Assembly: GCA_035299385.1 (NCBI GenBank)
Contig: DATGWQ010000076.1
Coordinates: 28,267 to 92,266, forward strand
From: Bacteroidales bacterium
GTDB taxonomy: Bacteria > Bacteroidota > Bacteroidia > Bacteroidales > VadinHA17
Direction: 5' to 3'
DNA: 64,000 nt
The translations under genes were made by a program, and so were the position numbers. Every line of letters begins with the position of its first letter. The first letter of the stretch is position 1. Below, one piece after another: positions 1-6,959 of this stretch. The notes beneath the pieces were generated by a model. The model was not told the DNA's origin, searched no databases, and saw only the letters and a program-made list of their open reading frames with translations.

Positions 1-207
1 GGCTGTAAGATCGGATTTGTCCATATCCCGGATTTCCTCAACTCGCCTGGTCATTCTGCTGAGTTCTTCCTCGCTGAGCTTATTTTCAGTCTTGTCAGGA
101 ATTGCAGCTTCATCTTTCCTGCTTTTTTTCTCATTTCCAGCTGCGAATGCTGTCGATACACCCAATGAAAGGATCATCAGGTATACCATAATAATAGTCT
201 TCTTCAT
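1..207 (-). CDS. hypothetical secreted protein, N-terminal part only (gene runs off the left edge)
   Basis: ATG at 207 reads MKKTIIMVYLMILSLGVSTAFAAGNEKK (signal-peptide-like) and stays open in frame to base 1. It is absent from the ORF track because it has no stop in the window. The listed 17..214 (+) ORF is its antisense shadow. Confidence 0.5.
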   Translation of the reverse strand, partial: MKKTIIMVYLMILSLGVSTAFAAGNEKKSRKDEAAIPDKTENKLSEEELSRMTRRVEEIRDMDKSDLTA

Positions 208-241
208 CTCATAAACTTTTTTAAGTTGTTAATATTGGAAA

Positions 242-309
242 CAAAGGTAAAGTGCCATCATTTACTGCCTGTTACACATTAAAGTCTAAGAGTTACATAA
301 TTTTCTTTA
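242..309 (-). promoter_or_regulatory. three-box promoter element, copy H (box 1 degenerate)
   Basis: Minus strand: ATGTAA (298-293), TGTAAC (276-271), then 21 nt to TACCTTTG (249-242). Sits upstream of the partial gene starting at 207. Confidence 0.45.
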
Positions 310-344
310 ACATTCCGCAGCCTTCCCCGGAAGGGTATTCCATT

Positions 345-536
345 TCAGATTTTGTGAATTTCGAAGATCTCGTGTTTCCCGGAACCTGACTGATCATGCA
401 GCTTAAGCAGCATCTGTTCCATTTTTTCCTGTTCAAAACAAAGATTATCTACAAGGGACGCGATCTTCTTTTTAAGCTTTTCGGTCTGTTCGCTCCAGAT
501 TGCCGACGCTTTTGGTTTTATTATGGATTTAGACAT
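345..536 (-). CDS. small hypothetical protein (63 aa from first ATG)
   Basis: The ORF track gives 345..572, but its first codon is TTG and overlaps a predicted -7 box (570-577). The first ATG is at 536 (MSKSIIKPK...). No recognisable family. Confidence 0.45.
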   Translation of the reverse strand: MSKSIIKPKASAIWSEQTEKLKKKIASLVDNLCFEQEKMEQMLLKLHDQSGSGKHEIFEIHKI

Positions 537-569
537 ATAATTAGTTTTATTTTGAACAATTTCAAAATT

Positions 570-639
570 CAAAGATCACGAGCTTTGACTGTTTCATTAT
601 TACAAAACTTTTGAAAAAAGTTATAATATTCCCACACGG
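570..639 (-). promoter_or_regulatory. three-box promoter element, copy I
   Basis: Minus strand: GTGTGG (637-632), TATAAC (625-620), TGTAAT (604-599, 21 bp after box 2), then 21 nt to GATCTTTG (577-570). Confidence 0.55.
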
Positions 640-701
640 CTGATTTTCTGAGTTTTTGTACCGGATTCTGGCATAATCATCTGAATTTTTGTTATATTTA
701 T

Positions 702-1262
702 ATGCAACCTGATGAGAAATTAAAAAATTCGGAAATGACAGAAGAAAACGAAACTCAGGCAGGATTTACATCCATCCCGATGAACAAGGTCCTGATAGCT
801 CTTGATTTTGATCCTACGGCCAGGAAAGTAGCAGAAGCCGGTTATTCGCTGGCCACGGCTCTGGGTGCAAAGGCAGTGCTCCTCCATGTAATTGCTGATG
901 ATGTGTATTTTTCAAGCCTGGAGTATTCACCCATCACAGGCTTCAGCGGGTTCAGCAATTCTGATTACACCCTCATGGCCAGCTCTGAAGGTCTGGCAAG
1001 GGCTTCGGAGTATTTCCTCGAAAGCACCATGAATCATCTTGGCGATGAAACCATCCAGGTAATTGTTGAACAGGGTGACTTTTCGGAGATGATTCTCAAA
1101 GCTGCTGAAAGGACCGGCGCGGATCTGATTGTGATGGGTTCACACAGCCGGCGCTGGCTTGACCAGATACTTATGGGCAGTGTTACGGAGAAAGTCCTCC
1201 ATAACACTTCCTTACCACTTTTTATAGTCCCGACAAAGGGACCTTCACCGAAGAAAAAATAA
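702..1262 (+). CDS. universal stress protein (UspA family)
   Basis: KVLIALDFDPTARKV..., VLLHV..., ADLIVMGSHSRRWLDQILMGSVTEKVLHNTSLPLFIVP are typical Usp motifs. The true start may be an internal Met (735 or 780), because a -7-like box (684-691) lies just upstream of 702. Confidence 0.85.
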   Translation: MQPDEKLKNSEMTEENETQAGFTSIPMNKVLIALDFDPTARKVAEAGYSLATALGAKAVLLHVIADDVYFSSLEYSPITGFSGFSNSDYTLMASSEGLARASEYFLESTMNHLGDETIQVIVEQGDFSEMILKAAERTGADLIVMGSHSRRWLDQILMGSVTEKVLHNTSLPLFIVPTKGPSPKKK

Positions 1263-1265
1263 CTA

Positions 1266-1709
1266 TCAGGAAGGCACCCTGATTGAAAGCTTTTTCTCCT
1301 GCTGGCTGAGGACAGTTTTTACCTTGTGCCAGTAATCATTGGTCATGACCCCGGATCCGTTCCATTTCCTGGCGATCGTTTCATAATCTGATCCTATCCT
1401 TATGGCATAATACCTGAAAACTTCCCTGGAAACTTTCATGGTATAGCAGTCTCTCATAAGGTAACTTTTGCCAGTCCTTCTGTTATAATCGGTGAGTCTG
1501 ATAGGCCTGATCTGAAATGGTCCGTAGGCTTGCTCCACAGGATTGTAAGCCAACGTGTCACCTGCACTCTCCACTTCGAGAATTGCCTTCATTAGTTTCT
1601 CGTAAATATCCACACGCTGTGCTTCCACAACCGGCAGAATCTTCACATTCGGTGCAATTGCCCTTGCTGTACTAAGCAACAGGAACATCATAGCCATAGT
1701 GATCCGCAT
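1266..1709 (-). CDS. lysozyme-like / SLT-domain lytic transglycosylase family protein with signal peptide
   Basis: N-terminal hydrophobic signal; the EVESAGD...YGPFQI motif resembles the catalytic Glu-Ser block of SLT domains. Confidence 0.7.
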   Translation of the reverse strand: MRITMAMMFLLLSTARAIAPNVKILPVVEAQRVDIYEKLMKAILEVESAGDTLAYNPVEQAYGPFQIRPIRLTDYNRRTGKSYLMRDCYTMKVSREVFRYYAIRIGSDYETIARKWNGSGVMTNDYWHKVKTVLSQQEKKLSIRVPS

Positions 1710-1791
1710 ATATATTTAAATATAGGTTAAAACCGGCTTTGTTTCCTGATACCTGAGATTTCTTCAATCTAAAAGAATCAGTCGATAATCC

Positions 1792-1950
1792 TTACTTGCT
1801 GATTTTGTTCAGTCGGCTCTTCTTTCCCGAATTCTCTCTCTCCAACTGCATCCCCTCTTTTTGAACCCTCGTTTTCTTCTTTCTGTAACTCCTGTCCTTG
1901 TATTTTTTATACACTGTCAGGAATTCAAGGGCAATTCTCTCTTCCTCCAT
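1792..1950 (-). CDS. candidate small basic protein (52 aa), not in ORF track
   Basis: ATG at 1950 reads MEEERIALEFLTVYKKYKDRSYRKKKTRVQKEGMQLERENSGKKSRLNKISK then stop. It lies about 40 nt downstream of a three-box promoter element (1999-2066, minus). No homology recognised. Confidence 0.25.
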   Translation of the reverse strand: MEEERIALEFLTVYKKYKDRSYRKKKTRVQKEGMQLERENSGKKSRLNKISK

Positions 1951-1998
1951 CACGACTGGTTTATTTTTCTCTGCTTATGATATATTGATTTTCATAAG

Positions 1999-2066
1999 CA
2001 AAGATGCACACTCGGCGTTGCACAACGATTACATAACTCAGGGAAAAATTTACATAATTCTCACAT
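1999..2066 (-). promoter_or_regulatory. three-box promoter element, copy G
   Basis: Minus strand: ATGTGAGA (2066-2059), TGTAAA (2054-2049), TGTAAT (2033-2028), then 21 nt to CATCTTTG (2006-1999). Confidence 0.55.
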
Positions 2067-2161
2067 CAGACGATATGATGGCGCAAATGTCCACTAAGAG
2101 GGGCGGTACTCACTTAGTTGACGTATCTCATTCGGCTCTATATATTAAGGTAACCTACAAT

Positions 2162-2227
2162 ATGTGTGAATAATATAAATTAAAATGAAAGTTGTGTAAC
2201 TTTTTTTAGGAGCAGGATTTAGATTTT
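2162..2227 (+). promoter_or_regulatory. three-box promoter element, copy A
   Basis: ATGTGTGA (2162-2169), TATAAA (2174-2179), TGTAAC (2195-2200), then 19 nt to TAGATTTT (2220-2227). Upstream of the isochorismatase-family gene. Confidence 0.55.
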
Positions 2228-2244
2228 TACATCAGATATTCCAC

Positions 2245-2284
2245 AACGCTGTTCATGAATTAAAAACGCTGTTCATGAATTAAA
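2245..2284 (+). repeat. perfect 20-bp tandem duplication AACGCTGTTCATGAATTAAA x2, each unit carrying the palindrome TTCATGAA
   Basis: Read directly. It lies between the predicted -7 box (2220-2227) and the ATG at 2331, an operator-like position. Confidence 0.8.
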
Positions 2285-2330
2285 TATGTACAGGTAAAGA
2301 ATCCGGTAACCAAATTAAAAATCAAAAAAG

Positions 2331-2951
2331 ATGATTATCATGGAAAATGCTCAATCGGACTTTATATCGGTAATAAACAGCCTTCTTCTGATTGTTGATT
2401 ATCAGACTGCAATTTTAGGTGAGATTGAATCCGGAGAGCAAAACGAAATAAAAACAGCGGCGCTGGCGACTGCCAAGGCCGCCAGTATACTCAATGTGCC
2501 TGTCGTTATGACTTCACGCAATGAAAGTGAATATGGCAGGATACTGAGCGAGATTACAGACTTTTTTCCGGGAAGGGAGGTGATCAGCAGGAAAGACAGT
2601 GCTGTCAATGCTTTCGATGATGAGAAGGTTTTGCAGCAGGTGAGGAAACATAACCGTGATAAGCTTATAATAACCGGAATCCCGACAAGTGAAGGGCTTA
2701 CGGAGACCGCATCAATGGCTGTCCGGGAAGGTTATGATGTATATGTTCTTATTGATGCGTGCGGTGACAAGTCAGGTGAACGACATAACTACGGAGTCCA
2801 GAGAATGCTCAAAGCCGGGGTAACCCCGATAACATGGATGTCGCTTGCATCGGAATGGATGAACGGATGGGCTGATCCAGTCATCGGCGAGATGAACCAG
2901 GAAGCTTTCGGAAAGTATAATGTGATGCTTTCCTATCTTTCCAGGCATTGA
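2331..2951 (+). CDS. isochorismatase-family cysteine hydrolase
   Basis: LLLIVDYQ..., VPVVMTS..., LIITGIPTSEGLTETA..., VYVLIDACGD (catalytic Cys context) are typical of the isochorismatase/YcaC family. Confidence 0.85.
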   Translation: MIIMENAQSDFISVINSLLLIVDYQTAILGEIESGEQNEIKTAALATAKAASILNVPVVMTSRNESEYGRILSEITDFFPGREVISRKDSAVNAFDDEKVLQQVRKHNRDKLIITGIPTSEGLTETASMAVREGYDVYVLIDACGDKSGERHNYGVQRMLKAGVTPITWMSLASEWMNGWADPVIGEMNQEAFGKYNVMLSYLSRH

Positions 2952-2974
2952 TGTTGAACGAATATTCTACAAAA

Positions 2975-3042
2975 ATGTGTGAAAAATGTAATCTTTACTG
3001 GAAATTATATAAACGCCGGATAAAAACGCGGGAATAAATTTG
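2975..3042 (+). promoter_or_regulatory. three-box promoter element, copy B
   Basis: ATGTGTGA (2975-2982), TGTAAT (2987-2992), TATAAA (3008-3013), then 21 nt to TAAATTTG (3035-3042). Upstream of AraC paralog 1. Confidence 0.55.
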
Positions 3043-3112
3043 ACTAACATAATCAATTGAGATCTGAAGAACGAAATATAAATGACGAATATAACCCTGA
3101 AAACACAAATCA

Positions 3113-3700
3113 ATGTCTGACATAAAAACTCGAAAAGCAATGACTATCTACGTTAAAAATATGGCCTGCCTTCACTGCCAGGAGCTGGTGAAGTCGGAAC
3201 TTGAAAAGCTGGGATTGCACAGACCTGTCATATCCCATGGCGAAGTTAAAATCTCACAGGAACTTTCGCCGTTTAAAAAAGCTGAACTGGACAGGGCCCT
3301 GAGAAGATCGGGGTTCGAGCTCATGGATCCGCAAAAAGTAATGCTGGTAAAGAAGATACGGGGTATTGTAGATGAGTTTCTTCACTATTCGGAGGAACAG
3401 CTCAGGCAGGTTCTTCCCGGTTACCTTTCAAGGAAGCTCAAACATGATTACAATTATCTTTCACAGCTCTTTTCGGAAGTGTACAACACAACTATTGAAA
3501 AATATTTTGTTCTTGCAAAAATTGAACGTGTGAAAGAACTGCTTGTTTATTACAGGCTCAATCTTACAGAAATATCCTATCAATTGAACTATAACAGCAT
3601 AGCCCAGCTTGCTAACCAGTTCCGTGAAGTAACCGGAATCTCTCCAAACAACTTCCAGAAAATCAAATACATACGACAGACTGCCCAACAGAATGTGTGA
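3113..3700 (+). CDS. AraC-family transcriptional regulator with HMA-like N-terminal domain (paralog 1, CxxC present)
   Basis: N-terminus IYVKNMACLHCQELVKSELEKLGL (ferredoxin-like, MxCxxC). C-terminal AraC HTH (LTEISYQLNYNSIAQLANQFREVTGISPNNF). Paralogous to 53207, 58597 and 48369. Confidence 0.85.
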   Translation: MSDIKTRKAMTIYVKNMACLHCQELVKSELEKLGLHRPVISHGEVKISQELSPFKKAELDRALRRSGFELMDPQKVMLVKKIRGIVDEFLHYSEEQLRQVLPGYLSRKLKHDYNYLSQLFSEVYNTTIEKYFVLAKIERVKELLVYYRLNLTEISYQLNYNSIAQLANQFREVTGISPNNFQKIKYIRQTAQQNV

Positions 3701-3760
3701 ATGATATAATTTTAATTCAGTAATATGTAACACTTGGGGGGCTAAAGCTCAGCATATTTG
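3693..3760 (+). promoter_or_regulatory. three-box promoter element, copy C (box 1 contains the TGA stop of AraC paralog 1)
   Basis: ATGTGTGA (3693-3700), TATAAT (3705-3710), TGTAAC (3726-3731), then 21 nt to CATATTTG (3753-3760). Confidence 0.55.
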
Positions 3761-3835
3761 TACTGATTTTTTTTCTGACCGCTCAGTGGGGGTCCGGATA
3801 AAAAAGGAGTGTATAACATTACAATTCCTTTATGT

Positions 3836-4432
3836 ATGGAAAAGAATACTTTTATCAGTACAGAGCAACTAATTGTCCAGAACAATAATAACACAGGAGT
3901 AAGTGAAAATCCAATAAGAGAAAAACTTTCTGATGCCAGGTACAGGCTTTATTACGATTACCTGGAATGGCTTGGTTTTTCAGATGATCCGAATGTTATC
4001 GTTCTCGCTCCCAATGAGCATTACTATTATGATGATGAAGATCTCAGGCATGTATCTGCGCTGGTAAATCTCAAACAGCTGAATTACATAAGAGAGTTAA
4101 AGGATTTTCTGACAACCGTATTCCAGATGCTGCCCCACAGGAGTTTTTTTGTAGGAAGCTTCATTGAAAGGAAACATCAGTTCAGCTTTTTTTCCAATCC
4201 GCCGCATGCCACACATATAAACGGCAGCATTGATCCAGTAGAGAACGGCATAGCCTCCAGGATCCCGCTTCTGAATATTATTTACGATTTCATTGATTCC
4301 CGCACAAATAACAGGAACCTAACTAGAAAATCAGTTACAACAATGCTTGAAATTGCCGGATTCAGGCTGCTTGATATGACGGAAATCAATGGGATTACCT
4401 GCTTCTGCGCTCAAAAAAACACTTTATCGTAA
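3836..4432 (+). CDS. hypothetical protein, methyltransferase-fold-like but without a GxGxG SAM loop
   Basis: The ORF opens at 3809 with GTG; the first ATG is 3836 (MEKNTF...). The C-terminal ...MLEIAGFRLLDMTEINGITCFCAQK resembles class I MTase C-termini. No glycine-rich loop seen. Confidence 0.55.
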   Translation: MEKNTFISTEQLIVQNNNNTGVSENPIREKLSDARYRLYYDYLEWLGFSDDPNVIVLAPNEHYYYDDEDLRHVSALVNLKQLNYIRELKDFLTTVFQMLPHRSFFVGSFIERKHQFSFFSNPPHATHINGSIDPVENGIASRIPLLNIIYDFIDSRTNNRNLTRKSVTTMLEIAGFRLLDMTEINGITCFCAQKNTLS

Positions 4433-4434
4433 AA

Positions 4435-4463
4435 AAATCAGAAACACAGGACTGTTCTGATTT
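4435..4463 (+). terminator. hairpin between the 3836 gene and the WbaP-like gene (possible terminator or attenuator)
   Basis: AAATCAGAA-N11-TTCTGATTT is a 9-bp stem flanked by an A-run and T-rich sequence. Confidence 0.4.
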
Positions 4464-4474
4464 GTTATTCAAGT

Positions 4475-5950
4475 ATGAAAACTGAAAACTGGTTTTCCAT
4501 GACTGTTTTTACAGCTCTCTACCGCTATAAGATCATCCCTTTTCTGAAGAAATGGAATCTGCTGAATTTCATTCTCGGCGCGACAGACATCTTTTCAATA
4601 GGACTCGCCTTTGAATTTGCCTATCTGATGAACTATCATGAACGCGGCATCCTGTTTTTCGAAAACAGGCAGGTCTTCGTGATGTTCCTTGTTCTCCTTC
4701 CTGTCTGGATATTGATCCTTTACCTTCTTAAGGTAGCTGAGATACCAAGGACCAAAAGGTACCGCGTCCTTTTTTTCGAGTACGTGCAGTCAGCCACGGT
4801 CCTGTTCCTCCTTTTCACATTCGTGTATTTTGTATTTGATCTTTACCCGATCCCCAGGCTGCTCATAGTTGAGGTGATAATATTCGGGCTCTTCCTCCTG
4901 TTTTCGGTAAGAATGTTTGAGTATAAGGTTTTCAAGATTTACAGGTCGCAGGGATTCAATACTATCAACATAGTCCTGATTGCCGACGATTCATCAAATT
5001 CTTTCATCCAAAAGCTGCTGCAGCATAAAGAATGGGGTTATAAAATCTATGCAATATTCACAGAATCAGAATCGCTACTTGCCAAATACGAGAAAACGAT
5101 CATTATGCTGCCCGGAAAATACCTCAAAGTACTTAACGATCTTATGGATGGGGACCTGATAGATGAAGTTCTATATGTCAAAAAGAAAGTATCGACTGCC
5201 GATGTAAGGGATATAATAAGGTCGTGTGAGGAGGTCGGTGTCACTTTCAAGCTGCGTGTTACTGAGTCGCTTATAAAGCTTACGAATGCTTTCAAATCAG
5301 AAATTGCGGAAGAGAAATTCCTTACATTCACCAATATACCGCATAACCAGTACCAGCTTGCCCTTAAGAAGGTGATGGATGTTATTGTTTCGCTGGTTGT
5401 CATAATTCTTTTTTCACCGCTGTTCCTCCTGATAGCCATTGCAATAAAGCTCGATTCAAAAGGGGCGGTAATTTTCAAACAGGCAAGAGTAGGACTCCGG
5501 GGAAGGCCGTTTTACCTCTATAAATTCAGGACAATGGTTGCAAATGCGGAGGAGATAAGAAAGCAGCTTCATGAAAAAAATGAAGTTGACGGCCCCGTAT
5601 TCAAGATCCGTGATGACCCCAGGGTGACAAGGGTTGGAAAATTCCTGAGAAGGTCAGGTCTTGATGAATTTCCTCAACTTTTCAATGTATTGAAAGGAGA
5701 AATGTCTCTTATTGGCCCCAGGCCGCCATTGCAGAGCGAAACACAGCAGTACAAACGGTGGCAGCTGAGACGTCTCTCCGTAAAACCCGGGCTCTCTTGT
5801 TTCTGGCAGATCAAACCCGAAAGGAACAGCATTCGTTTCGACAAATGGATGGAACTCGACCTGGCATATATCGACAACTGGTCGATCAGGCTAGACCTCA
5901 TGATCCTGTTCAAGACAATAGGCACTGTTTTCAAGAGAACAGGGCTCTAA
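4475..5950 (+). CDS. polyprenyl-phosphate glycosylphosphotransferase (WbaP-like initiating sugar transferase)
   Basis: Multi-TM N-terminus plus the bacterial sugar transferase domain: LDSKGAVIFKQARVGLRGRPFYLYKFRTM...DGPVFKIRDDPRVTRVGKFLRRSGLDEFPQLFNVLKGEMSLIGPRPP. Confidence 0.95.
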   Translation: MKTENWFSMTVFTALYRYKIIPFLKKWNLLNFILGATDIFSIGLAFEFAYLMNYHERGILFFENRQVFVMFLVLLPVWILILYLLKVAEIPRTKRYRVLFFEYVQSATVLFLLFTFVYFVFDLYPIPRLLIVEVIIFGLFLLFSVRMFEYKVFKIYRSQGFNTINIVLIADDSSNSFIQKLLQHKEWGYKIYAIFTESESLLAKYEKTIIMLPGKYLKVLNDLMDGDLIDEVLYVKKKVSTADVRDIIRSCEEVGVTFKLRVTESLIKLTNAFKSEIAEEKFLTFTNIPHNQYQLALKKVMDVIVSLVVIILFSPLFLLIAIAIKLDSKGAVIFKQARVGLRGRPFYLYKFRTMVANAEEIRKQLHEKNEVDGPVFKIRDDPRVTRVGKFLRRSGLDEFPQLFNVLKGEMSLIGPRPPLQSETQQYKRWQLRRLSVKPGLSCFWQIKPERNSIRFDKWMELDLAYIDNWSIRLDLMILFKTIGTVFKRTGL

Positions 5951-5954
5951 AATA

Positions 5955-6022
5955 CTTAACCTTATTTTAAGCCTTTCTTAATTCATGCTTAATGATTTAC
6001 CGGCATATTACGTGTATGTTAG
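5955..6022 (+). promoter_or_regulatory. 11-bp-phased TTAA array, copy X (upstream of wza)
   Basis: CTTAAC 5955, TTTAAG 5966, CTTAAT 5977, CTTAAT 5988, then 21 nt to TATGTTAG (6015-6022). Confidence 0.55.
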
Positions 6023-6177
6023 TCATGATAAACGTGACATGAATTTTCAGGCGTTTTCTTGTTGCATAAAGGGAAAAAAGAAAAAACAACTATATATAAA
6101 TCAATATTTTACAACAATTCTCCAACCTGAGCAAAAAACAGGTTATTGATTGATTTTATTTAAACAAGAAGAAACAT

Positions 6178-6948
6178 ATGCAGAAAATGCTCCTGAAATT
6201 TATTTGGATCGGCACCGTCCTTATGGTGCTTATTCTGAATTCGTGCGTCCCTGTCAGCCAGCTGAGCTATTTCAACGACATTGAAAAGCTTCAGCCCGTT
6301 GTGAATCCGAAAACCCAGAAGATCATAATGCCATTTGACAAGCTTTACATCAAAGTCCTGAGTATCGATCCCCAGACCACTCAGATCTTCGCCACAAACG
6401 AGGAAGTGAGAGCGGGTACCATGGGCGCAGGCAACATACTGGGATACCCGGTAGATGAATCAGGGAACATAAATTTCCCTTTTGTCGGTACCATCAATGT
6501 GGGTTCGCTGACAACCGCCCAGGCAGCTTCAAAAATCGAGAAAGCTCTGAGCGATTATGTGGCAAACATTTCAGTTAGTGTCAAATTTATTGATAATGAG
6601 GTTACAGTGATTGGTGAAGTCCAGAGGCAGGGAGTCTATAATTTCAGCCAGGATAAAATCAGCATTTATGAAGCGATTGGACTAGGCGGCGGGCTGACAC
6701 GGTACGGCGACAGGAAAAATATAATCCTCACGCGGAACAATGGCGAGAAAATTGTCCATTACAGGCTTAACCTTTCAGATTCAAAGATAGCTTCAAAAGA
6801 TTACTACTATGTGCTGCCGAATGATATAATAATAGTAGAGCCTCTCAGAGCTGTCTCTGCAAGTTACTCGAATATTACCTATACCACCGTTCTAAGTTCA
6901 ATCACGACACTGATTGCTGTTCTGCTCTTTACCGGTGTCAAATTTTAA
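6178..6948 (+). CDS. wza: polysaccharide export outer-membrane protein (Wza family)
   Basis: Signal/lipoprotein-like N-terminus (LNSC), Poly_export-like NFPFVGTINVGSLTTAQAASKIEKALSDYV, and SLBB-like ...VTVIGEVQRQGVY. Confidence 0.9.
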   Translation: MQKMLLKFIWIGTVLMVLILNSCVPVSQLSYFNDIEKLQPVVNPKTQKIIMPFDKLYIKVLSIDPQTTQIFATNEEVRAGTMGAGNILGYPVDESGNINFPFVGTINVGSLTTAQAASKIEKALSDYVANISVSVKFIDNEVTVIGEVQRQGVYNFSQDKISIYEAIGLGGGLTRYGDRKNIILTRNNGEKIVHYRLNLSDSKIASKDYYYVLPNDIIIVEPLRAVSASYSNITYTTVLSSITTLIAVLLFTGVKF

Positions 6949-6959
6949 ACAGAAAATAA

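Noticed and set aside
17-214. Track ORF 17..214 (+), 65 aa, S/L/F-rich.
   Set aside because: It is the antisense shadow of a better minus-strand gene (ATG at 207, with a signal-peptide-like N-terminus) that runs off the window edge.
1898-2173. Track ORF 1898..2173 (+), 91 aa.
   Set aside because: It spans two divergent promoter elements and their -7 boxes, has no recognisable family, and its composition is that of AT-rich intergenic DNA.
5980-6047. 8-bp inverted repeat AATTCATG ... CATGAATT flanking ~52 bp upstream of wza, considered as an invertible (phase-variable) promoter like those of Bacteroides capsule loci.
   Set aside because: The repeat is too short to be distinguishable from chance in AT-rich DNA. 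No site-specific recombinase gene is nearby, and the left arm is part of the phased-TTAA array.
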